Part shown: one piece after another, positions 48,758 through 58,604 of the stretch
Numbering within the stretch: position 1 is the first letter of the stretch
Layout: each line of letters begins with the position of its first letter
Assembly (NCBI GenBank): GCA_050123235.1
Contig: JASFHL010000002.1
Location: 15,326-79,325, forward strand
DNA length: 64,000 bases
Direction: 5' to 3'
Origin: Candidatus Woesebacteria bacterium
Lineage (GTDB): Bacteria; Patescibacteriota; Microgenomatia; UBA1400; PJMF01
Notes under the pieces: generated by a model
Told to the model about the DNA's origin: nothing
Seen by the model: the letters and a program-made list of their open reading frames with translations, nothing else
The model's database searches: none
Position numbers and translations under genes: made by a program

Positions 48758-50428
48758 TTAATTACTAGCCTCAATAATTTCTTTAATCCTTTTCTCTCTC
48801 AAATCTTTATCCATATCAAGTAAAAACCAAGCCGCTCTTGGTCCAGATTTTTTACCAATAAAAGCCAGATAAACAGCTTGAAAACCTTGTCTAGCTCCAA
48901 GACTAGCTTTAGCTATCTCAAACATTTGTTGTTGTAATTCTTGAGGATCCCAATTATCTTTACTATTAATTAAGTCATTAACTTGTTTTAAATAATGCTT
49001 TTGCTCAGCAGTTAAATCAGCAGCCGCCTTTGGCAATTCTGCTGTAGCTCTAAATTGATAATCCTCAGGAGCATATCTATCAAGCCAAAGCTCAGCATAT
49101 TTTTTTCTTTCTTCTAAAAATTTCAATTCCTGTTTATTTAAGGCAGAATCCTTAATTCCGGCAAGTTTTTCTTTTAAATCAATCTCTGGATATTGCATCC
49201 ACAAGGCTACATCTCTAAATCTGGGTAAAAAAGATTGCTTTTGTATTTTCTTAACTTGAGACAATTTAAAAGCTCTAGCCAAACGCTGATCACCTTTTAT
49301 TTCTTGCCAATAGATCTTTGCTGCTTCATCATAAGCATCAAATAAATCTGGAATAGCATCTGTATTTGGATCAAAGTCAATTACTGTATTGTAATGATTG
49401 CTGACAAACAAAAACCTAGCTACTTCTGCTGGAAAAAGCTCAGTAAACTCCCGAGCTGAAGTGCCAACTCCTTTACTAGAACTCATCTTACTACCTCGTA
49501 GTAAAATCCATTCATAAGGAATATCAAAAGGCACTATATACTTAAATACTTGTCTAAGTAAAGCATTAGCCATGTCGCGAGAGCCTCCAGCACTGCAATG
49601 ATCTTTACCAGCTCCCTCCAATTTCACTCCCAGAGCCTTCCAATGAGCAGGCCAATCAACCTTCCAGAGTAACTTACCAGTACCATCAAAAGGACTAATC
49701 TTTCCTTTAAACCCACAACCTTTAGCCCAGTCAACTTTATCTGGCTGACATTCAAAACTTACCTGCTTGCCATCCCAGTCAGTCACTAGAGTAGTTCCCA
49801 CTTTGCCACATTGAGGACAAATTACTTGGAAGGGATACCATTTTGCTGGCAAATCATAATCAGCAACTTGTTTATATACTTTTTTAATACCTTCTACATT
49901 ATCTAAAGCCTGCTTAATCACCTTATTCATTTGACCAGATTCATAAAGTTCATGACTCCAGATAATATCTTGAGTACAGCCAAGCTTTCTAAAAGCATCA
50001 ATAAAATCTAGAGCATAAAACTCAGCAAAGCTTTTGGCATTTTGATACTTTTTCTTTTCTGATGAAGAAACTCCTGCAAAATTAATGCCAGACTTTTCCA
50101 AAGAAGGAGCGGGAATACGATGTAGTGGTTTTCCCATATGTTGACTATATTCTTTTTCGTCAAGATAATGAGGTAAACCATCCATTGGGTCCATATCATT
50201 AAAAACATAAGTACTTTTAACTTTATTTGTTTTTTCCAGTAGAGCTTTATAAACTACATCATGTAAAACCACCCCACGCAAAGATCCTGTATGAACTCTC
50301 CCTGATGGAGTTTTCATATCATCCACATGAATGATCTCAACCTTATTTTCCTTTTGCCAAGCTAAAACTTGCTTTACAATTTGATCTACCCAATGGGGAG
50401 ATTGTTTGATTGATTGGTTGTTTTGCAT
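48758..50428 (-). CDS. lysK: Lysine--tRNA ligase, class I (archaeal type)
   Basis: 'HWVDQIV...TPSGRVHTGSLRG' is a class-I LysRS HIGH-like region. It also has 'GSKMSSSKG' (KMSKS) and a Cys cluster 'CPQCGK'. 556 aa. Confidence 0.7.
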   Translation of the reverse strand: MQNNQSIKQSPHWVDQIVKQVLAWQKENKVEIIHVDDMKTPSGRVHTGSLRGVVLHDVVYKALLEKTNKVKSTYVFNDMDPMDGLPHYLDEKEYSQHMGKPLHRIPAPSLEKSGINFAGVSSSEKKKYQNAKSFAEFYALDFIDAFRKLGCTQDIIWSHELYESGQMNKVIKQALDNVEGIKKVYKQVADYDLPAKWYPFQVICPQCGKVGTTLVTDWDGKQVSFECQPDKVDWAKGCGFKGKISPFDGTGKLLWKVDWPAHWKALGVKLEGAGKDHCSAGGSRDMANALLRQVFKYIVPFDIPYEWILLRGSKMSSSKGVGTSAREFTELFPAEVARFLFVSNHYNTVIDFDPNTDAIPDLFDAYDEAAKIYWQEIKGDQRLARAFKLSQVKKIQKQSFLPRFRDVALWMQYPEIDLKEKLAGIKDSALNKQELKFLEERKKYAELWLDRYAPEDYQFRATAELPKAAADLTAEQKHYLKQVNDLINSKDNWDPQELQQQMFEIAKASLGARQGFQAVYLAFIGKKSGPRAAWFLLDMDKDLREKRIKEIIEASN

Positions 50429-50489
50429 AATTTCCTTTTCTATTTTAACTTGCAGCCCTGATAATTTCGAGCCTAAATCAGCGAAAACT

Positions 50490-50522
50490 AAAAAACCCCG
50501 CTTTCTGCGGGGTTTTATTTTT
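50490..50522. terminator. Bidirectional intrinsic terminator (CCCCGC-uuucu-GCGGGG flanked by A and T runs)
   Basis: Perfect 6-bp GC stem with A-run and T-run flanks. It lies between lysK and greA. Confidence 0.6.
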
Positions 50523-50529
50523 CTATTTT

Positions 50530-51018
50530 TTATTTTATTTTATATACTATATAAGTTATCTTCCCCGCAGGTGCTTCTACCTCTACTGTATCGCCCTTCT
50601 TCTTGCCAGATAAGGCTTTACCTAAAGGTGAAACACTAGAGATTTTACCCTCATTAGGATCTGATTCAAATTCACCTACAATTTGAAAAGTAAACTTCTT
50701 ATTCTTTTTGCCCTTTAAATACAAAACCACTGTTGAACCCAAACCAACTTTTGTGAGACTTTTAGTTTGTCTAACTACTTTAGCCTTGGCAAGCACCTCA
50801 TTAATCTGGTCAATTCTTGATTCAATAATAGCTTGGTCATCTTTAGCATTCTGATAATCACTGTTCTCACTTAAATCACCTTGTTCCCTTGCTGCTGCCA
50901 CTCTTTTAATTACCTTTGGTAATTTTTCTTCCACCAATACTCTTAACTCTTCTTTAAGTTCTTCAAGACCTTCCTTAGTTAGCTCTATAGTTTGTTTGTT
51001 TTGTTGTTTATCTGACAT
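50530..51018 (-). CDS. greA: Transcription elongation factor GreA
   Basis: Coiled-coil N-terminus with 'REQGDLSENSDY' acidic tip, plus an FKBP-like C-terminus. 162 aa. Confidence 0.85.
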   Translation of the reverse strand: MSDKQQNKQTIELTKEGLEELKEELRVLVEEKLPKVIKRVAAAREQGDLSENSDYQNAKDDQAIIESRIDQINEVLAKAKVVRQTKSLTKVGLGSTVVLYLKGKKNKKFTFQIVGEFESDPNEGKISSVSPLGKALSGKKKGDTVEVEAPAGKITYIVYKIK

Positions 51019-51086
51019 AACTTAAAGTAGTATAAATTGTTTTCTGGAGCTGACAAGGGGAACTTACGATTCAATAAAAATTGTTT

Positions 51087-52958
51087 CTACTCGGCTAAGA
51101 CAATGACCAGATCAAAATTTTCCTCTGGATCTTCAACTCCAATTTCATCTGAATAATTAAGCTTTAAATCAGTAGCTTCTTCCAGCAATTCTTCTAAACT
51201 AGAATTTTCCTCTGCCATCAAAAGATGAAAACCATCTTCATAGTCACCTTTAGCATTGCGAGCTGTAACCTTGCTAAAATCTGCTGCTTCTAATTTCTTT
51301 TTTATTTTACCGGCATAACCAGAGGTGGTAGTAGCATTAACTACCAAAATTTTAATCTTATCTTTTTCAATTTCTGGCTCAGGAGTCGGAATAGCAGTTG
51401 GTTCTGGGGTAGGGGAAGCTTCAGCTACTACCACCGGACTAGAAACTTGTTCTGAATCTTTATTTGTTAGAGATAAAATTCCTAAACCTAAACCCACACC
51501 AATTGCTACAGTAACACTAAAACTTGCCAAAGCAATGAAAAACATCTTAAGCATGTTATTTACACCTGCTTTGTTTTTAATAACGAATTTTTTCTCTGCT
51601 TTGTCTTCCTTATCCGAAGCAGTTTTTTCTTCTGTTTTAGCTTTATCATCACTCTTCTTTGCTTCAGACTCTCCTTCAATAAATTGCTTTAAATCCACTT
51701 CTTCAAATGATTTAAGAGTTTCATTGGCTTCTTTAAAATCTAATTTCTTTTCTTTAATTTCAGATTTTTCAACTTTTGATTCTTCCTTAACAGTCTCTTT
51801 TACAGTTGCTGTAACAGCAGTGGGAATGCTTGATTCTTTGATTTCAGCTATATCAGCTGCAATTATTTCAGGCTTTTTTTCTTTTGATTCTTTGGGATCT
51901 AGGGATTCTACCTTACTTTCAGCTTCACTCTCTTCTTCTAAAGCAAGTTTTTTCCCTTCTAAGGCAATCGCTGAATCAGAGGCACTAGGCTTAGGCAAAG
52001 CAGCTGTAGCTGTCACTGTTTCCGCAACTTTGGCTGCTGTCTTTTCAGTTGATTCTTCTTCCGTCTCGGGCTTTTCTTTTTCTTTATCACTAGCAAGCAT
52101 AGCATCTTTTAAAGAAACTTTACTTAAGGCAAAAGTAGGTAATTGATAATCAGGAATAGAAATTGTCTTCATACCTGACTCAATCACTTTTTGCACATAG
52201 GATGGCATCTTAGCATCTTCTTCTTTGAAAGTAGCTAGTTGCTGAATTGGCACAATTTTACTAAGATCATCTTTTAGTTTTTCTTCTACCAAACTACTGG
52301 AGATCAAATATAAAGTTTGAATACTTGGTTCAGCTCCTTTAAGAGTTTTTACTGTTTCTACTAAAGTCTCAGCTTCACTGACAGCTACCTCACGACTTTG
52401 ATCCACCCCAATATAATGTAGAGTAGAGTAAAGTCTATCGCCCATTTGTAAAATAGAAATTGATGGTTCCAGAGAAATAATAGATTTGACAGTCCAACTA
52501 AGTGAATAAATATTTTTAATCTTAACTTTATGCTCACTAACAGCTTGTTTAAGAGGTACTAATAATGATTTTTCTAAAGCTGAAATTTGAACTTTAAAAA
52601 TACCTTTATGTTCTGTCAAAACAGTGGTATCAACTTGATGAGTATCCAAACTTAAACTTAATTCTGGTAATAATTTTTCTTTAAGATATTGCTTAACTTT
52701 ATTTTCACTGCTTTCTTTGACATTAACAATCGTATTGGTAAACAAAAAATCTGGTAAAACTAATGAATATTCACCTTCCTCAACTTTAGCAGCCAGTTTC
52801 ATCACATTGTCAGCAATAAATTCGTTATCATCCAAAAACTTACCATTGACTTGTCTAAAACTTTGAATTTGGAAACTATGAGCTTGTTTAGCTGGTAAAA
52901 GCTCAACAATATAAGCAACGTCAGGAAGAATATAAAGTAATTTTTCTGTATTTAACAT
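51087..52958 (-). CDS. Large bitopic protein: cytoplasmic N-domain, acidic E/K-rich linker, TM helix, extracellular LytR_C-like domain
   Basis: C-terminal 'KIKILVVNATTTSGYAGKIKKKLEAADF' fits LytR_C. TM helix 'MFFIALASFSVTVAIGV'. About 160-aa low-complexity acidic segment. Confidence 0.55.
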   Translation of the reverse strand: MLNTEKLLYILPDVAYIVELLPAKQAHSFQIQSFRQVNGKFLDDNEFIADNVMKLAAKVEEGEYSLVLPDFLFTNTIVNVKESSENKVKQYLKEKLLPELSLSLDTHQVDTTVLTEHKGIFKVQISALEKSLLVPLKQAVSEHKVKIKNIYSLSWTVKSIISLEPSISILQMGDRLYSTLHYIGVDQSREVAVSEAETLVETVKTLKGAEPSIQTLYLISSSLVEEKLKDDLSKIVPIQQLATFKEEDAKMPSYVQKVIESGMKTISIPDYQLPTFALSKVSLKDAMLASDKEKEKPETEEESTEKTAAKVAETVTATAALPKPSASDSAIALEGKKLALEEESEAESKVESLDPKESKEKKPEIIAADIAEIKESSIPTAVTATVKETVKEESKVEKSEIKEKKLDFKEANETLKSFEEVDLKQFIEGESEAKKSDDKAKTEEKTASDKEDKAEKKFVIKNKAGVNNMLKMFFIALASFSVTVAIGVGLGLGILSLTNKDSEQVSSPVVVAEASPTPEPTAIPTPEPEIEKDKIKILVVNATTTSGYAGKIKKKLEAADFSKVTARNAKGDYEDGFHLLMAEENSSLEELLEEATDLKLNYSDEIGVEDPEENFDLVIVLAE

Positions 52959-53149
52959 AGGGCAGATTATAACTTATTCTTTCATTAACTTTAAGATAGA
53001 ATCAATGCCTTTCTTCTATTTTTTATAGTATGAGGAAAAGGAATTAACTTTGCAAGCAGGAATTGTTTATTTTACGTCTAAATTATAGAATATATAAATA
53101 TTGCTATTTATATATAAGCAGTTCAATTTATTGAATAGCTTAGATTAAT

Positions 53150-53965
53150 ATGTTCAAGGAAAAAGTAAAAATTATTGGACCTTGTGAACAAAGTTTAAGT
53201 CAAGATCTCCCAGATGGGCTTATAGGTTTTATAATGAAAGCTTATCTACAAGCTACCTCTGCTGTATTTGAAATTCAACCGCGGATGGAGCAAGCCTTAA
53301 GATTCCTCTCCGAAGCTAAGCAATCTGTCTTACTTACTACAGAAAAACACTGTAGTGGCACAGAAATATTGGGAGCTATTCTATTAAGTCCCTTAAGCAA
53401 AGAAAAAGAATATGCTTGGATTAATGATATTTTTTATCATGGAGATGAAGAAATTCTCACTCGATTATGTACTGAAGTATTAAAACAATATCATGGCCTA
53501 GTTACTTGTAGTAATTCGCCAAATATTTTGAATGCACTGATGAGAGTAAAACGTCGCAGTGAAAAAAAATTGGCTTTAAGATGGGGAGACCTTACTTTGA
53601 TACCACCTGTTTTGGGAGAAAGTGGCAAAATAGAACTGCGAGATGATAGATTAGGAGACGAAAAAACAGAATTTCAAAAAGCAATGGAGCATGCAAATGC
53701 AATCATTAATTCAGTTTTATCAAAAACTCTAGGAGAAAAAACAGCTGATTATTTAAAGGGAGGGTCAGTAATTGGATTTCCAGCTAAGATATTCCCGCCA
53801 ATGACTTTAGACAGGATATCACGTTTTCCTTTAAAATTTCATCCATTTGCTGAAGAATTACATCAGTTAGAGCAAGAAGGTATTGAATCAGTATTTACCT
53901 TAGCAGAAGGCTTAATTCCTAGTTCAGCTGCTTCTTTTGTAATTTTGGTAAAAACAGAATCGTAG
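53150..53965 (+). CDS. Hypothetical protein, paralogue A of a tandem pair
   Basis: 271 aa. Shares blocks with the next ORF ('YHGLVTCSNSPNILNALMRV' versus 'YDGLITLTNNPLLLNILFKL'; 'RWGDL' versus 'QWGNQ'). Confidence 0.5.
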   Translation: MFKEKVKIIGPCEQSLSQDLPDGLIGFIMKAYLQATSAVFEIQPRMEQALRFLSEAKQSVLLTTEKHCSGTEILGAILLSPLSKEKEYAWINDIFYHGDEEILTRLCTEVLKQYHGLVTCSNSPNILNALMRVKRRSEKKLALRWGDLTLIPPVLGESGKIELRDDRLGDEKTEFQKAMEHANAIINSVLSKTLGEKTADYLKGGSVIGFPAKIFPPMTLDRISRFPLKFHPFAEELHQLEQEGIESVFTLAEGLIPSSAASFVILVKTES

Positions 53966-53986
53966 ACTGTTATATAATGATTACTT

Positions 53987-54703
53987 ATGTATCAAGAGCG
54001 CATACGTGATCATCGAAGTTTGTTAGGTTTACCTTCTATAGATATACATTTCGGAACAAAAAATCAAAATATTTGGGAGAGGTTGAGCGCTACAGAAAAA
54101 AACGAAGCTGTAGAGACTCTAATGGAGAGTTCCCTTGTTTACGGACATGAACTTGATGCAGAAACTGCCCGATTTCTTTTGATAACTAATAATGAAGCTT
54201 TCTTTTCAGCGCAGCCAACTGGTTTGTCAGATATTCTTCTCTTAGCCCCTATTCCTGGCAATCATAGATGGAGATGGTTAGGAGATATCTGCTCTAATTC
54301 AGACAACCCAAAACTAATTAGAGAAGCCTTTGAATTTTATGATGGCCTAATAACTCTTACTAATAATCCTCTATTGTTAAATATACTGTTTAAACTTAGC
54401 CAAGAAAGAAGATTCGGACTTCTAAAAAAATTCTCTTTTCAATGGGGAAATCAAATTATTGGAGACCCTGAAATGACTTTACCCTTACTTTTAGCTGCAC
54501 TAAAAAGCCAAGGCTATGAATTAACTAATTATCAAAGCAGACAACACTTCTTACCATTTCAAGCTGGGGTTTATCAAGATACTAGGCAATATAATGTTGA
54601 GAGTTTTCCTCCACCCTTTAAGGGATTTGCTCAAATGCTGCAATCAAAAGAGCAGAATGGTTCTAGTATTGCTTCTTTTGCTATTCTTGCAGAGAATAAA
54701 TGA
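53987..54703 (+). CDS. Hypothetical protein, paralogue B of a tandem pair
   Basis: 238 aa. The conserved blocks align with paralogue A. Confidence 0.5.
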   Translation: MYQERIRDHRSLLGLPSIDIHFGTKNQNIWERLSATEKNEAVETLMESSLVYGHELDAETARFLLITNNEAFFSAQPTGLSDILLLAPIPGNHRWRWLGDICSNSDNPKLIREAFEFYDGLITLTNNPLLLNILFKLSQERRFGLLKKFSFQWGNQIIGDPEMTLPLLLAALKSQGYELTNYQSRQHFLPFQAGVYQDTRQYNVESFPPPFKGFAQMLQSKEQNGSSIASFAILAENK

Positions 54704-54945
54704 CTTTATTTACTTTTTCTTTTTTTCTTCTTATCTGCCGTTTCTTGTTTTTCCAATAGTTCCCAGACTGCTATTAACCATACTCGTGGATCTATTACAG
54801 ATTATCACAAACTGAGACAGTTAGATTAAAAATGATATAATTACTAAAACAAACTGGAGAACATCCTGGTAATGAATATGCGAATAGAAAATTCATTTCT
54901 TCACGACGCACTCAACCTTTATTTCAAGAAGTAAATTGATAAAAA

Positions 54946-54972
54946 TAAAAAATCGAAGCTAAGCTTCGATTT
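54946..54972. terminator. Hairpin terminator (ATCGAAGC-taa-GCTTCGAT) between paralogue B and tRNA-Lys
   Basis: 8-bp perfect palindrome with an A-run 5' and T-rich 3'. It could serve both strands. Confidence 0.45.
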
Positions 54973-54977
54973 CTCTA

Positions 54978-55054
54978 TGGTGAGTCCGCCGGGACTCGAA
55001 CCCGGGACGCACAGCTTAAAAGGCTGTCGCTCTAACCAACTGAGCTACGGACCC
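54978..55054 (-). tRNA. tRNA-Lys (anticodon TTT), CCA encoded
   Basis: Manual fold: acceptor GGGTCCG/CGGACTC, anticodon loop CUUUUAA, T-loop TTCGAGT, 3' ACCA. Confidence 0.85.
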
Positions 55055-55126
55055 ATGTCTCTAACCCACTTATTATATCTAAAAAATCCTCTAATTTCCT
55101 CAGTTCTTATTCAGTAAAAAACTTAA

Positions 55127-55690
55127 TCACCCCCTAGAAACATACTCCCCACTTTCAGTATCAATAATCAAAGTATCTCCTTGCTTAATAAATAAAGGTG
55201 CTTGCACTATGAGACCAGTCTCCATAGTGACAGGCTTTTTACCTGCTGTTTGTCTGTCACCGGCAATAGCCTCTGCTGCTTTTTTAACTTTCATCTTTAC
55301 TTTGGGTGGTAGACTAACACCAATCGCTTTTCCGTCCAGCAAACTCAAATAAACAGACAATTCTGGTACTAGAAACTTTTCTTTACCTTCTAATAATGAA
55401 CTTGGCACTGAAAGCTGCTCATAAGTCCTCTGATCCATAAACACTATCTCATCACCATCAAGGTAGAGGAACTGCATCTCCTTTGACTCCACATCCAACT
55501 GCTCGATTGTATCATGTGACTTAAAAGCAAACTCAAAAGTTGATCCACTTTTGACATTTCTTAATTTTGTTCTAGTAAAAGCTGAACCTTTACCAGGTGA
55601 AACAAACTTTGTTTGCACTACATAATGAGCCTGATTTTGATAAAGAATATAAGTTCCTTTTTTAATATTACCAGCTTTAATTTTTGGCAT
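55127..55690 (-). CDS. efp: Elongation factor P
   Basis: 'MPKIKAGNIKKGTYI...SPGKGSAFTRTKLRN' contains the conserved loop Lys. 187 aa. Confidence 0.9.
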   Translation of the reverse strand: MPKIKAGNIKKGTYILYQNQAHYVVQTKFVSPGKGSAFTRTKLRNVKSGSTFEFAFKSHDTIEQLDVESKEMQFLYLDGDEIVFMDQRTYEQLSVPSSLLEGKEKFLVPELSVYLSLLDGKAIGVSLPPKVKMKVKKAAEAIAGDRQTAGKKPVTMETGLIVQAPLFIKQGDTLIIDTESGEYVSRG

Positions 55691-55783
55691 GAAAGTAATT
55701 TTAACTTAATTATTAAATCTTGTCATCTTGAAACTGACTGTGAAATAAATGAGTAAGTCTTAAGTTAAGAATTGGTTTTTCTC

Positions 55784-56755
55784 TTACCAACCATTGAGTT
55801 TTAAAGTGATATATATACCATAGAGTGATAAAAGCAGAAGGGACTCTTTTCTTTCCAATCTTTCTCTAGTAAACATAAATAAGACTACTACCACCACTGT
55901 TAATAGCAAAAAAGGCAAATCAAAAGTAACAGCCCTACGATCAACGTTCCAGCCACTAATCACAGCCCCAGAACCAAGCGCCACTAAAATGTCAACAATA
56001 TTGCTGCCAATCAAATTGCCCATTGATAGGCCATCTGCTTTTTTAAGAACGGCACTGATTGAAACAACCATCTCTGGCAAACTAGTACCGATCCCTACCA
56101 GCACAACTCCAATCACATATTGACTCAAACCTAATAAACTAGCAATTTCAATGCCTTTTTCAATCACCAATTGTGAAGATTCTGCTATTATGACTAAACC
56201 CACTGCCAACTGCAATAAAGGTAAAAAAGATTTTGATTTTTCTCTTTTGATTTTTAGCTTTATTTTTTCCAAACTAGACTGCTTTTTTAAAGTAATAAAA
56301 TAAAAAAGATATAGCACAAGAAAAATAAAGCCATCTGTTTTGGAAATCTCTCCATCTAAAGCTAAAACAAAAAAAATAAAAGTACTCAAAATCAAAACCA
56401 AACCGTTATACAAAACTTTTTCTTTTTTCATTTTTAACACTCTGAACAAACCAGCTATACCCATCACTAAAGCTATTTGTCCCATATTAGAACCAATCAC
56501 ATTGCCAACAATAATACCTGATGTCTCTATACCTTGGTTTCTCTCAATAGCTCCAGTTAGTGAAACCATAATTTCAGGAAAATCAGTGCCTATAGCCAAA
56601 ATTGTTAGGCCAACAAAAGTTTCAGAGAGACCTAATTGTCTAGAAATTTTAATTGCCCCACGGATAATTAATTCAGAACCAAACCATAAACCAACTAGCC
56701 CAAGAAAAAATAACAAAAAATAAAGTGGCATATTGCTTATTAAAGCATGAATCAA
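55784..56755 (-). CDS. Ca2+/Na+ antiporter (CaCA family, YrbG-like)
   Basis: Two alpha-repeats 'GTDFPEIMVSL' and 'GTSLPEMVVSI'. Polytopic. 323 aa. Confidence 0.8.
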   Translation of the reverse strand: MIHALISNMPLYFLLFFLGLVGLWFGSELIIRGAIKISRQLGLSETFVGLTILAIGTDFPEIMVSLTGAIERNQGIETSGIIVGNVIGSNMGQIALVMGIAGLFRVLKMKKEKVLYNGLVLILSTFIFFVLALDGEISKTDGFIFLVLYLFYFITLKKQSSLEKIKLKIKREKSKSFLPLLQLAVGLVIIAESSQLVIEKGIEIASLLGLSQYVIGVVLVGIGTSLPEMVVSISAVLKKADGLSMGNLIGSNIVDILVALGSGAVISGWNVDRRAVTFDLPFLLLTVVVVVLFMFTRERLERKESLLLLSLYGIYITLKLNGW

Positions 56756-56859
56756 GGAGGGAGATCAAAGGGAGCTGAGACAGAGTGGTGGACATAGTTT
56801 CTTCTACTTTTGCATTAAGTCCTTGTCTATCTCTGCCATTTTAATTATATAATCATAAT

Positions 56860-57537
56860 ATGGATCTAAGTTCTAAACAAAAACAAGCTTGGATTCTTCG
56901 AGAAGAAGGAGAAGCTGCTAAATCCCTAGCCATCAATTATGGCATCTACTATCAACAAGAGACAGACAAAGATTGGCAGTCGGCTATCAATACCCTCGTA
57001 GATATTTCTCTTAGCTGGTCAGTGCTTGCCAAACAAACAGGCGAGAGTTTATATTTTGAAGCAGCTTTATCGTCAGTACTTCAAGCGAAGAAAATAGCAG
57101 ATTTTCACAGGCTGCCATTAAGAAAAGATTTCAATTTTCACCTTGGCAGAGCTTTAAAAAATGTAGGTCAATATGAACAAGCTCTCCAAGCATTAAATAG
57201 ATTTGTGGATGAGGAGCAAGATAATTTGACAAAAGCTGAATTAGCTGAAGCAAAATCGCAATTAGCTTTTGCCTTAGTTAAAACTGGAAAAAAGAATGAA
57301 GGTTTGAAATTATTGCACCAAAATGTAGGAACTTTGATAAATTGTCCAGCAGAAATCTCAACTCAAGGAAAAGATTTAACAGCCATCAGAAAAGCTGGCG
57401 CTCAAATTAAACTAGCCCAAGTAATTGAAAATAAAACAGAGGCAAAGGAAATTTTAAGAAAAGTAATTCAAGAAACTAAAGAAAAAGGCCTCGGAGCTAG
57501 AACTGCTGAGGCAGAAAAATTGTTGGAAAGTATTTAA
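56860..57537 (+). CDS. Hypothetical helical (TPR-like) protein
   Basis: 225 aa, all-helical composition. No motif recognised. Confidence 0.4.
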   Translation: MDLSSKQKQAWILREEGEAAKSLAINYGIYYQQETDKDWQSAINTLVDISLSWSVLAKQTGESLYFEAALSSVLQAKKIADFHRLPLRKDFNFHLGRALKNVGQYEQALQALNRFVDEEQDNLTKAELAEAKSQLAFALVKTGKKNEGLKLLHQNVGTLINCPAEISTQGKDLTAIRKAGAQIKLAQVIENKTEAKEILRKVIQETKEKGLGARTAEAEKLLESI

Positions 57538-57545
57538 GACAAAAA

Positions 57546-58604
57546 TCAGCGTTCAAGCTGATATCGCTCAATCTCATTTTTACCCACTCGCTCTTGCGGT
57601 GGAATCAATTTTAATCCTAAATAATTATAAAATTCTTTTTCAGTAGCAAATTTCTTAATCTTGCCAGTTTTTTTATCCTTAATCCCATGCTCAGATAAAG
57701 ATAAGCCTTTAGTCATGGCAAACTCACGCAAGCGGATATTATGTTCCTTGCTGCCGGTAAAATGCTGAACAAAACTACCCCATTCATCAGCAGGCGATAT
57801 TTTCAAATCAACCTGCCAATTATTAGTTAAAACCATTCTAATCATATTATCTCCAGCCACTAATAATCGTTTCACCAACTTGATTTTGCTAATTGCTTTT
57901 TTGAAAGGGGAGACCTGAATTATTACTGCCCCCAAATCAAGATCACCTACTGTCTCAGCTTCTCTTCTCAAGCTACCTAGAAAAATAACTCGTTTAACCT
58001 CAGGCACTTTTAGCATAGCTTGTTTGATTTTTTTAGCCATTTTAAGAGCTCGCTCGCGAGGAATGCGAGCTTTTTTATGCTGCTTTTCTAGCGCTTCAAT
58101 TAATTGAACTTCACTTTTTTCACCAAAACCAGCTAGATTACTTAATTCACCTGCTTTAGTCTTAGCTAATAAATCATTAATCGCTGTAGATGATTTATTT
58201 AACTTAAACTTTTGGCAGAGCTTGAGCGCCTTTTTAGCACCAATGCCATAAAGCTGTACTAGGGGATACATGCCGCCCGGAAATTTGGCAGTATATTTTT
58301 CAAAAGCACGAATATGACCAGTAGTGAATAACTCCACTATCTTGCTAGCAATGCTTTCACCAATTCCTGGCAGTTCATCAAGTTGTTCAATAAATTTATT
58401 TTTGGCAGCTGCTGGATCTTGTTTCTTGAGCTTAGCAAACTCGTCTGCCAACTGATAATCTAACTGATGAATCACCACTCCAGCCTCTTCATATGCTCGC
58501 GCCCGAAAACGATTGGCGCTTTTCAAAGCTAGAATCTCGCCAATAAATTTAAACAGCTTAGCAATTTCATCATTGCTCATCTTTTTGTTTAAAGGTAATT
58601 TCAT
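57546..58604 (-). CDS. Family X DNA polymerase (Pol beta-like), no PHP domain
   Basis: HhH motifs ('LPGIGESIASKI', 'LYGIGAKKA') and nucleotidyltransferase 'GSLRREAETVGDLDL'. 352 aa. Confidence 0.75.
   Translation of the reverse strand: MKLPLNKKMSNDEIAKLFKFIGEILALKSANRFRARAYEEAGVVIHQLDYQLADEFAKLKKQDPAAAKNKFIEQLDELPGIGESIASKIVELFTTGHIRAFEKYTAKFPGGMYPLVQLYGIGAKKALKLCQKFKLNKSSTAINDLLAKTKAGELSNLAGFGEKSEVQLIEALEKQHKKARIPRERALKMAKKIKQAMLKVPEVKRVIFLGSLRREAETVGDLDLGAVIIQVSPFKKAISKIKLVKRLLVAGDNMIRMVLTNNWQVDLKISPADEWGSFVQHFTGSKEHNIRLREFAMTKGLSLSEHGIKDKKTGKIKKFATEKEFYNYLGLKLIPPQERVGKNEIERYQLER

Noticed and set aside
51325-52146. 273-aa + strand ORF (Ser/Ala/Leu-rich)
   Set aside because: It is entirely antisense to the low-complexity acidic linker of the 623-aa - strand gene. 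It is a mirror-frame artefact with no start context.
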